64,000 bases of DNA, taken from NCBI GenBank assembly GCA_951406725.2, contig OX597821.1:56110001-56174000 (forward strand), in the 5' to 3' direction. The position numbers and the translations under genes were made by a program. The notes beneath the pieces were generated by a model. That model worked only from the letters and a program-made list of their open reading frames with translations, ran no database searches and was not told where the DNA came from. The DNA comes from Octopus vulgaris. Taxonomy: Eukaryota. Shown here one piece after another: positions 27,241 through 39,797 of the stretch (position 1 is its first letter; every line of letters begins with the position of its first letter).

Positions 27241-27929
27241 ATTATTGAAAGATGAAAAATCGATTTTCTTAAATATTAATTTAGTTTGGAAATTTAAGCT
27301 GCATTTAACAGTACAACAGACCTTTTTCTTAAAATGTAAATATATATCGAGCAATTAGAAAAGCTGTGAACAATGAAATCAATTACGACATAAACATAAC
27401 ATTGAATGAGTTCCAATTTCCCATTCTGGACATTGCTAAAACGTAAAAGTTTCTTGTTTACAATCCGATGAGTTGTTTGGAAATTCCGGCGTTCCCTAGA
27501 GTGAGATGAGAAACGGAGAACTGAATCAATGTTCATACGAGTATGGTAATGCAAATGGTTGGCAGTTCTGGGTCATAATACTTTTAAAGGGTATAAAATA
27601 TGGAGGTAGAGTAACAAAAACAGCCATTCTCCATAATATTTTAAAAACAGTGACAACGGAAACAACGATACTACAACAATAACTACCACAAATAACTGCT
27701 GCTGCAGCGCTTCCACCGCCGCTGTGCTTAACACATAAATTTATCCATATACTTCTGAAACCTATTCGTAAACATACATCAAACCTCATTAGATATGATG
27801 TAGGCTTTCTAAATTTTCTCCGGAATAAACCGACATAAATACTATGTCTTAATTGATGTAGTAGAGTCCCGCACTATAATACTACATGGGTACAGAATAG
27901 CAGCAAAGAAAATTTGGGGAAGATTTATC

Positions 27930-28650
27930 GGAATTGTTATGTGGTTAAAAGTTTGCTTTCCAACCACATGGTTCCGCGTTCAGTCCCACTGCGGGGCACG
28001 TTTCTCAAATATCCTCTAGTATTGCCTCGGTCTAATTTACGTCAAGTGAGTGGATTTGGTTGGAAGAAACTGAAAGAAGGCCCATTGTATATATTCTTTC
28101 TTCTTTTAGTTGTTTCAATCATATGACTGAGGCCATGCTGAGGCACCACGTGAAAGGGTTTAGTCGAAGAAATCGACCGCAGGACTTATTCTTTGTAAGC
28201 CTAGTACTTATTCTATCGCACTCCTATTCCGAACTGCTAGGTTACGGGGACATAAACACACCAACATCGGTTAAGTGATGGTAGGGTCAAAAACAGACAC
28301 AAAGACACACACATAAATATATGCATTCCCACACATACACATATATATATGTGTATATATATCGTACACTTTTGATGAAACGGTAGATGGATAAGACGTA
28401 AGCACATCAACACCGGTTTTCGAGCATTGGTTGGGGGATAAACACAGACACAAAGACACACATACATACACACGGTTACATGAGCGCACAGACACACACA
28501 TACACACAAACACGCACATGTAGTAAGATGCTTACTTCCTAATCACTTGGTTCCAGGTTCAGTTCGGTGTCTTCTTCCATAGCTTCGGACGGACCAAAAG
28601 CCTTGTGAGTAGATTTGGCAGGCGGAAACTGAAAGAAGCCCGTGTCGTAT
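27930..28650. mobile_element. Cluster of SINE fragments in both orientations
   Basis: 27930-28090 (+), 28095-28330 (-) and 28515-28650 (+) match parts of the 29613-30027 family. Confidence 0.7.
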
Positions 28651-28786
28651 ATATATATGTATATATAGACGGGCTTCTTTAATACAGTAACCATCAGAGC
28701 ATCACAACAAATCACAGCACATACCCAAAGCACACAGAGCTGCACTCGGTAGTGAAGTGAAAGCACGCTATAAAAATAAAACTACT

Positions 28787-28809
28787 CAATAATAATAATG
28801 ATGATGATG

Positions 28810-28882
<73 letters not shown>
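28787..28882. repeat. (AAT)n microsatellite
   Basis: Direct reading. Confidence 0.95.
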
Positions 28883-28884
<2 letters not shown>

Positions 28885-28930
28885 TCGAAAATGCCTTAGG
28901 AATGAGAACCCACGTTAGAAATTTCCCCAA

Positions 28931-28976
28931 GACACCTGTTGAAGGCTGAAGGGTATACCAGCGGAAACGTTGTATT
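28931..28976 (+). ncRNA. Degenerate minimal hammerhead in a repeat abutting (AAT)n
   Basis: gacac-CTGtTGA-a-gGCTG(aagggtatac)CAGCg-GAAA-CG-TT-gtatt. Confidence 0.5.
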
Positions 28977-29612
28977 AACAACAAACAAGATTAGGACAAA
29001 TATCTGTCAAATGTAAATAGTGTATATAATGTACATAATTCCTTATCTCTTAAATATAGAACACGGATATATATTGCATGCACAAGTGCCTTTTTGTTTG
29101 TGTGTAGAATAGTAAATGAAAAGTAGCATCTCCAACGATAACGGTGGTACTTTTGATATGGCATAAGCATATATTTCTTTAAAACACCATGTTCTCAAAA
29201 AAGTATTTTACAAATACTTCTGAATATTATAAATTCAAGCCTGATTATGCTTACGTCCTCCAGAAATATTGCATTGCAATGCTAAAATAATATAATGTCA
29301 CACCACTTAAATAGATAATTTACCATTGCTTTATATTGATGGTCATTACATGTGCAGGCTTTCTATCGTATCACACAAAATTTATGCTTGACTTGAGTTA
29401 GATATCGCTAAATTAACTCTGGAAGTAAAACACATTTGATTATTGTACTTCGTCTGATGATTGCTAAGCGTAAATAATTCCGGTATATATATATATATAT
29501 ATATTTGCACACTCTTGTTATATTTCCGAATCTTTGTTTTTCTGTTTGGATTGTTGTAGGGGCATAGAAGATTTAGTAGCTCTGAATTTTCATAAGTGAA
29601 ATAATAACTCTT

Positions 29613-30027
29613 TTACTCTTTTTCTCTCTTTTTACTCTTTTTACTTGTTTCAGTCATTTGACTGCGGCCATGCTGGAGCACCACCTTTAGTCGAGCAAAT
29701 TGACCCCGGGACTTATTCTTTGTAAGCCCAGTACTTATTCTATCGGTCTCTTTTTGCCGAACCGCTAAGTGACAGGGACATAAACACACCAGCATCGGTT
29801 GTCAAGCAATGCTAGGGGGACAAACACAGACACACAAACACACATATATATATATACTTATATACGACAGGCTTCTTTCAGTTTCCGTCTACCAAATCCA
29901 CTCACAAGGCATTGGTCGGCCCGGGCTATAGCAGAAGACACTTGCCCAAGATGCCACGCAGTGGGACTGAACCCGGAACCATGTGGTTGGTTAGCAAGCT
30001 ACTTACCACACAGCCACTCCTGCACCT
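29613..30027 (-). mobile_element. Full-length major tRNA-derived SINE with CR1-like 3' tail
   Basis: Head aggagtggctgtgtggtaag...ggttcagtccc; tail ggtggtgctccagcatggccgcagtcaaatgactgaaacaag followed by A-rich repeats. Confidence 0.9.
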
Positions 30028-30583
30028 ATAACTGTGGTGAAAATCTTTGACTTTCAAAGCTTATTGACAATCTAATTTCATAGGTTCAGTATTCTGAAAG
30101 GACTTAATTTTCATGCCAATATAATTTCTCATTAAATGTCTCCTCTCTGAATCTTATTAATTCTAAAACACTTTGTTTCGTGAATAACTTGCTTTGATAC
30201 ACTTTAAATTCTTCTCCTCAAATATATTATCGTCAAACTTATTCTTCGACTCTTACAGTTTTACTGGTTTCAGTCACTTGGCTGTGGCAATGCTGGAACA
30301 CTGTCAGAAAAACTCACATATTATCATGGAATTGATTAGATATGTGTGAGATGTGTTAATTCTAGTTCTAAGGGCACTATTACTATAATCATTTATAGTG
30401 ACACCTTCACTAGTTCATTAAGTTAAAATGCAAGTTAAATATGAGGACACTTATGATTCCTTGTATTAATATACAATAAAATTTATCAGTACTTACAGAG
30501 TAAATGAAACCGATTTTAGAATTATAATTAGTGAGAAATGAGGTATCTTTTGGCCATGACATCATTAGATGCGATCTTAGTAA

Positions 30584-30895
30584 TCTATATATATAAAAGT
30601 GAGAATGTGTGTCTGTCTGTCTGTGTGAATCTCTAAAACTTGAGAACTAAAAAACCAATTTCATTCATTTTAGATATGCCTTACTTAGGGTCCATGTAGT
30701 GTCATGGGCAAAATAATTTTTAACTTCTTGCCTAGGGCGAGCCCACAGCAATATCGTATCTTCTCCATTATTTCAGTATTACGTGTCAAAAGTGAAACAA
30801 AAACATCTCTCTATTTTAATGCCAAATGCATTCACTTTAATTGTGAAACTATTATATAAGTGGCATGAACTGAACGTGAACATCCCTCTTATATG
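30584..30895 (+). mobile_element. Helitron-like 5' end
   Basis: A|TCTATATATATAAAAG followed by (tgtc)n, typical of non-autonomous Helitron 5' termini; no 3' end seen. Confidence 0.5.
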
Positions 30896-31019
30896 CATGT
30901 AATATAATTTTTTCTGAAACCTCAGACTTTTCAATATGCTACACCACTGGTTTTAAATTGATATTAATCAAATTAATATTCAATTTCTCACCCTTATTAT
31001 TTTAAATTTAAATTTACAC

Positions 31020-31081
<62 letters not shown>

Positions 31082-31264
31082 GGATGTATATATATACATG
31101 TATATGTATAGCTGTATGTGTATACATGTATGTCTAGACAGATAGATGTATATGTATACATGTGTTGATAGTATATATATATATACATGTACATGTAATA
31201 TGTACATATATATATATACACGTATATACATGCATATATATATACCCCCATACACACATACATA

Positions 31265-31910
31265 GGTGTAGGTGTGGCTGTGTGGTAAGAAACTTCGTTC
31301 CAAAACATGGTCCTGGGTTCAGACCCACTGTGTGGTGACTTGGCATGTGTTTTCTGCTATAGCCTCAGACTAACCAAAGCATTGTCAGTGGATTTTGTAG
31401 AGAGAAACTGAAAGAAATCAATCGTATATATAAATGTATGTATATACGTAAGTCTATGTGTGTGGCTTTGTGTTTCTCCCTCATCACTGCTTCACAACTG
31501 CTGTTCGTTTATTTAGAGCCCCATAACTTACTGGTTTCACAAGAAGAAACTGATAGAATAAGTACCAGGCTTATCAAAATAAAAACAAATCCGACTAAGC
31601 AATATCTCATATTTTTGTTTGCCCACATAATTTATCTTTGTGTATGTGTGTGTGTATACATATATATATATATATGGATTTCGTAGATAGAAACTTAAAG
31701 AAATCAATCGTATATATATATATGTATATATTTAAGTGTATGTGTGTGACATTGTTTCTGTGTTTCACCATCATCACTGCTTTACAACAGCTGTTCGTAT
31801 ATTTACATCCTCATAAGTAACTGGTTTCACAAGAAGAAACTAATAGTATAAGTACCAGGCTTATCAACATAAAACAAGCACTACGCTGTTTCTAATATTT
31901 TTGTTTGCCC
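31265..31910 (+). mobile_element. SINE with local duplication of its 3' part (about 31395-31625 and about 31675-31910)
   Basis: gtggctgtgtggtaag head; repeated agaaact..aagaaatcaatcg...taagtaccaggcttatcaa. Confidence 0.7.
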
Positions 31911-32011
31911 ACTCAGTTGTATCTATCAATTTATCTTTGTGTGTATGTGTATATATATATATATATATATAATACACACACACATACACGCACGTACACA
32001 CACACACGCAT

Positions 32012-32045
<34 letters not shown>

Positions 32046-32062
32046 ATATGTGCACATTCATA

Positions 32063-33738
32063 TCTATTATATCAAAGACAATGTCTTTATGTGTTCGTGT
32101 ATTACTTACACATTCGAAAACTGCTGCACCGATCCTAATGGAATTGGGAACACAAAATTCAAGCCTAGGGAGAAGGGTAATGCTGTGTGTTTCATACAAT
32201 TTCATGGACCAAAATTACTGAATGGATCCTTATGATATTTGAAACTTAGTTTCAATGCATAAGGGCGGGTATAATGCAATATGTTTGGTTTGAATTTCAG
32301 ATGGCTTAAAGGGGGTAGAACCCCCATGAAAATTCATAAATTTTCGATATTGATGAAATTTCAAACATGGATAATTGACACACATCAAGAAGTATTCTCA
32401 AAGGTTCCACTTCACATGAAGATTCTAAGATACCCTAATGGGGGCCTTAACTCCCAATTTTTAGTCATTTCTTTTATGATCCAAAACTAAGTCAAAAGTA
32501 CTGAATGGATCTTTACGAAATTTGGAAATTATATTCTATACATAAGGGCAATTATCCCCTTGACAATTCATATATTTTTGCTGTTGATGAAATTTTAACC
32601 ATAGATATTAGATACAAATGAAGCAATATTTATAAAATTTCATCTTCTTACAAGTTAGAAAGACCCCGCCATGGGGACTTAACACCCACAATTTTGTCAT
32701 TTTATCTAAGCAAAAACGAATACAGCTGCGCTCTTGGAAGCTGTACGGTTACCGGAGCATAGAAGATGAGCATTATTTGTAATTCAATGGTACAACAGTG
32801 TAAGAGTTTGCTTTGACATACACTTAGATTGTGATTTCTGCAATGTGCTGCATAAATTGTCAAGTAAATGAGAGGCATCTTTGCCTCCACTGATTCAGTT
32901 GCAAAGTGTTGTGTAAATTTATTTGATTGCAGATCTCCTTTCAGTCTTTTTAGTATCACTGGGTCACACATTGTCCCCAGATGGTAACATTGATTTCAAG
33001 GCCTTCCCAGATGAGTGACTGGTTATTCAAAGACATTTATAGATTGTAAATTTATTCTGTCCAGTTACGTATCAGTATAGTGGTAATTTGCAAACTCCAA
33101 CTTTCATTTCACCTTAGCCTTCACGTCACACAGTTGTTAATACTTATTTCAGTTGGGTCACGTCCTTCCAATTGCTATAGATTCGTAATGCATCTTACGG
33201 CTGTGCCTGTCACCTGGATGGTGAGGAATACTACATTGGGAGTGGTAACGACTAGGGTACTGTAGCTGACTGCTTATTGTGATCATTCGTCTTTTGGTTT
33301 CCTGTAGCTTTGCTCTCTTTTACAAACCCAGTGAACATATATTTCCTATTTCAAAGAAATTCAAACAATAGATATAAGACCCAAGTAAAAAGATTCTCAA
33401 CAATTCAACTTCTCTGGTTGACATTAAGATGCCCACTCCCAATAGGGGCCTTAACTCTCACATTTTAGAGCTCCATGACCTTCATTTTTCAGGAGCAAAA
33501 TCCTTTTAACAGGTTCTATAAGACTAGAATTTTGGAATATGCGCATAAAAATCAGTAGTATAGGATACATGTGGCACGATTACAATTTTTTTAGGGTGTG
33601 TCAAGAGGGAAATAACCCGCATCTGCAATTTTCATGAAATTCGAAACATAGGTATTCCAGTTCATTACAGAAAATATAACAGAAAAGTCTAATTCTTCAA
33701 TTGTATGTAACACGGGCAACGCCGGGTAACTCTGCTAG
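32063..33738 (+). mobile_element. Non-autonomous Helitron-like element
   Basis: 5' A|TCTATTATATCAAAG; 3' GC-rich hairpin acgggcaacgccgggt followed by CTAG|T. Confidence 0.65.
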
Positions 33739-33769
33739 TGTTAAATATATGCTTTAATCAGTACAGAAC

Positions 33770-34520
33770 GTCAGTGGTAATGAAACCCGGCAGCTGTGAA
33801 ACCTCTAGCCGAGTTCTGCTCATAATCAAGGTGCATATGGTGTGATGATGCGTTCTTGACAGAAGTAGCTTTTGTCATAGCTTGCTGTTGAAAGAAACGA
33901 GATTGGCATTTTCCCATTGGAGGATGCTTTCAAAATCTCTGTTCATGGAGTCATTATCTGTTTGGCACCTGATATCTGTATGTCTGGAGAAAATTAGGAA
34001 GAAATGTAAAGCAGTATCCTCTGTGCAAGAGTGGGTCGTACAAATGGTGAAGGTAAGTAATTCATTAATGTATACAAAGAAGAGAGTTGGAAACAAAACT
34101 GAGTTGATAGAATAGGGAGCAGAAATGCTCTGGCAATATATGAAATTATAGTGTGATTTGATAGGAACCTACGATCCAAAACATGAGATGAATGGAGCCC
34201 ATAGGAAGCTAGCTTCGCTAGGAAACTCGCAAGCCAGAAAGCTTTGTAGATGCCAAGGCTGATAACGTCACTTTCACCAAATTTTCCCAACACAAGAGCC
34301 TACTGAGGGGTGATAGAGGAGAATAAGTCACTATGGATCTTGCTATGTGGAAAACATACTGGTTGTTTATTAAATAGTGGGAGAGAGAGCTTTAAGGTGT
34401 TGGTAGACACAGTTGTTAATAGCTGCCTTCATTACCTTATAGATATTAGAAATCATTTGAATAGAGTGATAGTTGCCAGGGTCAGAGAATTATGTCGTAT
34501 TGGCTGAGATATGGTAAGTG
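33770..34520 (-). mobile_element. Degenerate CR1/Jockey-group LINE RT fragment
   Basis: FGESDVISLGIYKAF..LAKLASYGL; PTLFFVYINELL..HSCTEDTAL..ILQWENANLVSFNSK. Confidence 0.7.
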
Positions 34521-34819
34521 TATGCAGTTTGGAATTAGTTAATGTGTTAGGTACAACTAGAACGTCTTTCGTCATGGCCTGTCTGCTCTATCAGGGGCAA
34601 TCTGTCAGCTCTGTCAGTACCCATGTAGAGATGCGGTACTGCTCGTAGAATCGTTATTCGTTTTAGTGATGGTTATCATATTTAATATAGAATTATACTC
34701 ATTATTTATGTTGTTTGCCTAGATTGTCCATGATAGAGCAGACAGGGATGGTCAAAGACGTTCCAGTCGTGCCTAACACGTCTTTTATTCAACCACGCAG
34801 TATCTAGAATTATATTCTT

Positions 34820-34992
34820 TTGCTCGTTTGAATCATTTGACTGCAGCCATGCCGGAGTACTGCTTTGAAGCAGTTTTATTCGAATGAGTCGACCCCAGGA
34901 CTGAATTTCCTTTGGTTATGTACTTATTTTATTGGTCTCCTTTGAAGTAAACACACCAATACCGATTGTCATGCAGTTGGTGGGGTTGGGGG

Positions 34993-35050
<58 letters not shown>

Positions 35051-35227
35051 TATATACATATATATATATATGACGGGCTTCTTTCAGTTTCAAACTACCA
35101 AGTCTACCCAGAAGGTTTTAGTCAGCCCGGGGTTAGAAGACACTTGTCCAAGGCGCCACACAGTGGAACTGAATCCGGAATCAAATGGTTTGGAAACAAT
35201 CTTCTTACCAGATAGCCACGCCTGCGT
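34820..35227 (-). mobile_element. Major SINE family copy, diverged
   Basis: Homologous to 29613-30027. Confidence 0.75.
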
Positions 35228-37466
35228 CTATATTATTGAACTTTTTAAAGGAGCATAAAGTATATGAGGCAAATATTGCAACTATTTCTTACTGGTCGAC
35301 CGGCCATATAGAGACTTTTTGATTGGTTCGTTTATGTTCTCAATGTGTACGAGATTTTCAAATATAAATTTATACCCGCTTGCAGCAGTATTATTAAATT
35401 ATAGAAATAAGTAATCATTGCTTCTCATATGTTGTATCTACGTTGAAGGCGATGAAGTTCAGTCAAAATACAAACCTATGTTAAAAGTATTGCCTAATAT
35501 CTGTGGTGTGATGTATTCTCACAACTCTTCAACTGCATGTCTCACACTTTATTCAGTATACTACTTAACTTCACACATTATTGGGTAAGTAAAGCAAAAT
35601 AGTACATGCATTATGTTAATGTATGTAATCTTATATAAACCTATATATTGAAAAACGGAAAACGATGCGATAGTAAACTAAGAAATAAAAAAGCAAACGA
35701 AGCAAAATAGGATATTAAAATTAAAGGTTAAGTAAAAAGCTTCCTAACGGAACAACCGACAGCATTAAGATATTGGCTTTGATCGGTGTGTATGAGTAAA
35801 ACAGTTAATTGTATTTTTACTTTGCAAAACAACGTTTCAAAAATGTTCAAAAGATGTACATTGCTTTCATTCAAATGAAGTCAAAGAGCACTTATAAAGC
35901 TCACCATATGTTTTTTGTAGCGTTTTTGTTTTTGCCAATTTCATACTAGCAATAATATAAAAACCCATGTTTTAATAAACAAATTCCATTAGCATGTACG
36001 TCAATTTCATTTAGTGATATCACTTATATATCTCTGTTAAGCTGCTTGGATATTTTGTAAGAGGTGGGTGTATCAACTATTGAATCAATTTCACTCGAGA
36101 TGAAAGTGAAAGGCGATCCCTACGAGATTTCAATTCACAAATGCGAGTCAACGAAATACATACCTTAAATTATCAGATGCAACTTTCTAACGTTCCAACC
36201 CACTACATCACCTTATTTAATAGTAATGAGTTTAATACAACAGATAAAACATCTTTCCACCAGACAACAATTACTATTGATGCTGTTGCTGTTGTTGTAA
36301 ATTGTTTTTGGAATAGATATCGATGGAATATTTTGATGTGATAGAATTGGGATATTGCAGTTTTTTAATATGTAATACAGTATAGTGCTTTAGAGTAAAA
36401 GATCTGCAATGAAGTTGTGTAGTGGTGCATTAAACCTTTACTGGTCATAATGGTTAATGCAGTGCTTTGGGGAGACACGGTAGTAGTCACAAGAGGAAGA
36501 GAGACAGTTGTGGGCGAAAGTGATAGCCGAGTATCAGTAGAATGGACAGACAGATGAGAGTGTATGTATGCGGGAAAGACTGAATGTGTTTATGAGTAAG
36601 TCAATAAGTTGGATGACGGTTTTTATTGCTTTAATGGTATAACATTCAATACTTCTGTAAATAAACAAGTTCGTTGTTGTGATAAATGAATGCTAATATT
36701 TCTCTTAGAAATAACTTTTTTAGCATCAGTACAGATTCTGACATTTAAGGAAAGAGCTTAGTCCATATCATATACCCAAGTATTTATCTGGTACTTTATA
36801 TTATCAATCCCTTAGAAACTGAAGTCAAGCATGGCCTCGGCAAGATTTAAACTTAGAATGTAAAGAGTCGGAAGAAATACTTAAATGCTCTGACGATCCT
36901 GCCAGCTCGTCATCTCTATTCTTTCAGAAACAATTAGAAACGTGTAATATAGCTATATAATTTACTGTCATCTAATACACGGCTCACTTTTTCTCCAGCT
37001 ACAAAGAACAGTCAGAAACATAAGGATATATACTTATAAAATATTAGAAATGTATTCAACTTCGTCAATGTTATTGATGCTTTCTTTTTCCTGACAATTC
37101 TACCTTTCTCTTTCGCATTGATTGAATGAATCTCTTTTATATCACGAGTATTTCGCCTGGACATTGTGCGAATGTAGTAAAGACGGTCATTCATCGTAAA
37201 TCTTGATAATTGATGACTTGGCTGTAGTTTGCTAAATTTTCATACACTTCTTATAATCGGATTCAGTCGAAATCCTATGGTATATTGGACTAATACAGGT
37301 ACTGAACTCTAATCTAAGATTATTTTGAGCATTTACTGGCGACATGCATGTCTTAAACTGCACGCTTCAAATAATAGACCAGATGGTTTACTCATTTGCC
37401 AACCCACTAAAATACATACACGCACACAAACACACGTGCATACATACATATGTATATGCATATCTG

Positions 37467-37521
<55 letters not shown>

Positions 37522-37589
37522 GTCTGTCTGTCTGTCTGTCTGTATGTCTGTCTGTCTGTCTGTCTGTGTGTGTGTGTGTGTCGTCGACT

Positions 37590-38130
37590 CGACCCTCGAA
37601 TCCGAGGAGTTATTTCTACCCCTGGACGAATATTGGACCATTCATGCCGGTGATGAATATGGCTAACGAGGCCAATCAGCGCGCAGAATACGCGATTGCA
37701 TTGACCACGTATGAATATCAGAGTCGGTCTTCGTTGCTGCAGTCTATACTTTCCGTTGCCGTTGCCTCTCCTCCTCTTTTTTATATTCTTTGTCGGTAGT
37801 TGGTTACGGTCGTCTGAAAAGCTGGTCTGCTTCAGAATTTACTTTAGTAGATCTTTATAGCATCAAAGTGGAGCTCCTCTTTGTCTTCTACCGATTGTCA
37901 GTTCGCTGACGAGGTTTCATTGTTCATCCTTGTAACATGGTCAGCCCATCGAAAGTGATGTTTGAATAGCTCTGGCTATTCGTTCTTTCTTTCGCAGAGT
38001 TATTGAAGACATAGTTCAACCACTTGATGTTCAAGAGAGAGCGGACTTTCAGTTGATGAAAGCGTATGACATGTTTGACGTCTCGACTATACATAGTTCC
38101 AGTTTCACAACCATATAACAGCTTGTTAAT
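37590..38130 (-). mobile_element. RTE LINE 3' fragment
   Basis: LLYGCETGTMYSRDVKHVIRFHQLKVRSLLNIKW..FRWADHVTRM. Confidence 0.75.
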
Positions 38131-38323
38131 TTTGCCTTCAAAATTTTCCGGTTTTCTAGCGGCCATCCTGTATATACATACACACACACGCACACATATT
38201 ATGTATGTATGATATATATATATATATGTGTGTGTATATGTATATATATATTTCTGTGTGAGTTAGAGCTTGAGAAACCAAGTAAGGGATAGTACCTATC
38301 CCATATACTGCCATATACTGCCG

Positions 38324-38359
<36 letters not shown>

Positions 38360-38557
38360 TATATATATATACATATATATATGGACATACATATATATAT
38401 ATACATATGCAAAAATTCACCCTGGCTAGCTGGGTGCATCCGATTTTCTTCCACTTATCATGCCTACTGCAGTATTATGATCAACACTACTTTTCTATTG
38501 AACTCTTGAACAGCATTCTCATCACTGCTCAGTTATATATATATATATAATCAATAT

Positions 38558-39178
38558 AAAACTATGCATACTCCAAAGATGATTAGGGTAAATGTTTTTA
38601 ATTTTCCTTTGATTTCTGAATTACTACTATTTAGCGGTTTGAGTTTAGCTGCTCGTTTTAGTGAGTTGAATGGCCTATTAAGGCCATTCCTTAATATTAT
38701 TGTTGAATGTACATTATATAGTCTGTTTTCTTTCTCACTAGACCGCTGGTGGCGAAAAAATTTCTATTGAATTTTTTGCTACCCTTACATTGATTAATTA
38801 ATGATTTTTGGCTAATTCTGAAATTAAGTCAGCAGTTTATATTTGCTGCTGATAAGTTGGCGCGATGACGGTAGATTTTGAAAATTTAGAGTATATATTC
38901 CCAAGGCATCGATGCTGTTGCCTCGTGGAATATTTATTCCTCCTGGCTTCTTTGCCGATGAGACGGACCAGTGGTAAATTGACTTGATTAAATTAAATTT
39001 AATTTAATTAGGCTGGTTTACCAAAAAGTACGTCGAAACTATGCATAGTCCAAAGATGATTAGGGTAAATGTTTTTAACTTTCCTTTGATTTCTGAATTA
39101 CTACTATTTAGCGGTTTGAGTTTAGCTGCTCGTTTTAGTGAGTTGAATGGCCTATTAAGGCCATTCCTTAATATTATT
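38558..39178 (+). mobile_element. Retrozyme-like non-autonomous element: about 1.3 copies of a 477-nt monomer with a hammerhead, TA-flanked
   Basis: About 143-bp terminal direct repeat (38558-38701 and 39035-39178) that begins inside the HHR; no credible ORF; many internal hairpins. Confidence 0.75.
38949..39056 (+). ncRNA. Type-I hammerhead ribozyme (U4C core variant, extended stem II, palindromic stem III); predicted cleavage after C39050
   Basis: tctttg-CCGATGA-GACG[..ggtaaattgacttgattaaattaa/ttaatttaattaggctggtttacc..]CGTC-GAAA-CTATGCATAG-TC-caaaga. Confidence 0.85.
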
Positions 39179-39402
39179 ATATAAATGTATATGACACTGG
39201 TTTACAGTTATTCAAGCTTATCATTAACTTATCAATGGCACTAGAACCTCACATCATGTGAAGGTCATGGCTGTTTGGCTGTGTTCCATTCCTGTTTGAA
39301 GTCACTTTCGACTTATTATGAGCACAAGCAAATAGTCTATATCTTAATGCTGCACTAACTCGTCTCTTCATTATTAAGCTGAGGAATTCTATTTTATCGT
39401 TT

Positions 39403-39797
39403 ATCTTTTACTTGTTTCAGTTATTTGACTGCGGCAGTGCTGGGGCACGGCTTGCGGGAATTTTAGTCGAATGAATCAACACCGGAACTTATTTTTTATT
39501 TTAAGCCTCGTTTTTATTTTATCTGTTACTTCTGGTGTGTTTACGGTTTACGGGGACCCAAATACACCAATACCGGTTGTCAAGCGGTGATGTGGGGGTA
39601 AGCATAGACTCAAAAAGACCCATTTATATATATGTACGACGGGCTTCTTTCACTTTCCGTCTACCAAATGTATTCAAAAGGCTTCGATTGCTCCAAGGCT
39701 ATAGTAGAAGATACTTACCCAAGGTGCCGCGAAGTGAGACTAAATCCGGGATCATGTGGTTAGGAAGTAAGTTTCTTACCACACAACCATGCCTGCA
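39403..39797 (-). mobile_element. Major SINE family copy, diverged
   Basis: Homologous to 29613-30027. Confidence 0.75.

Noticed and set aside
37191-37250. Minus-strand EVYENLANYSQVINYQDLR* with ITAM-like spacing
   Set aside because: Needs a weak AAG acceptor with no pyrimidine tract, and in-frame stops lie just upstream; probably chance.
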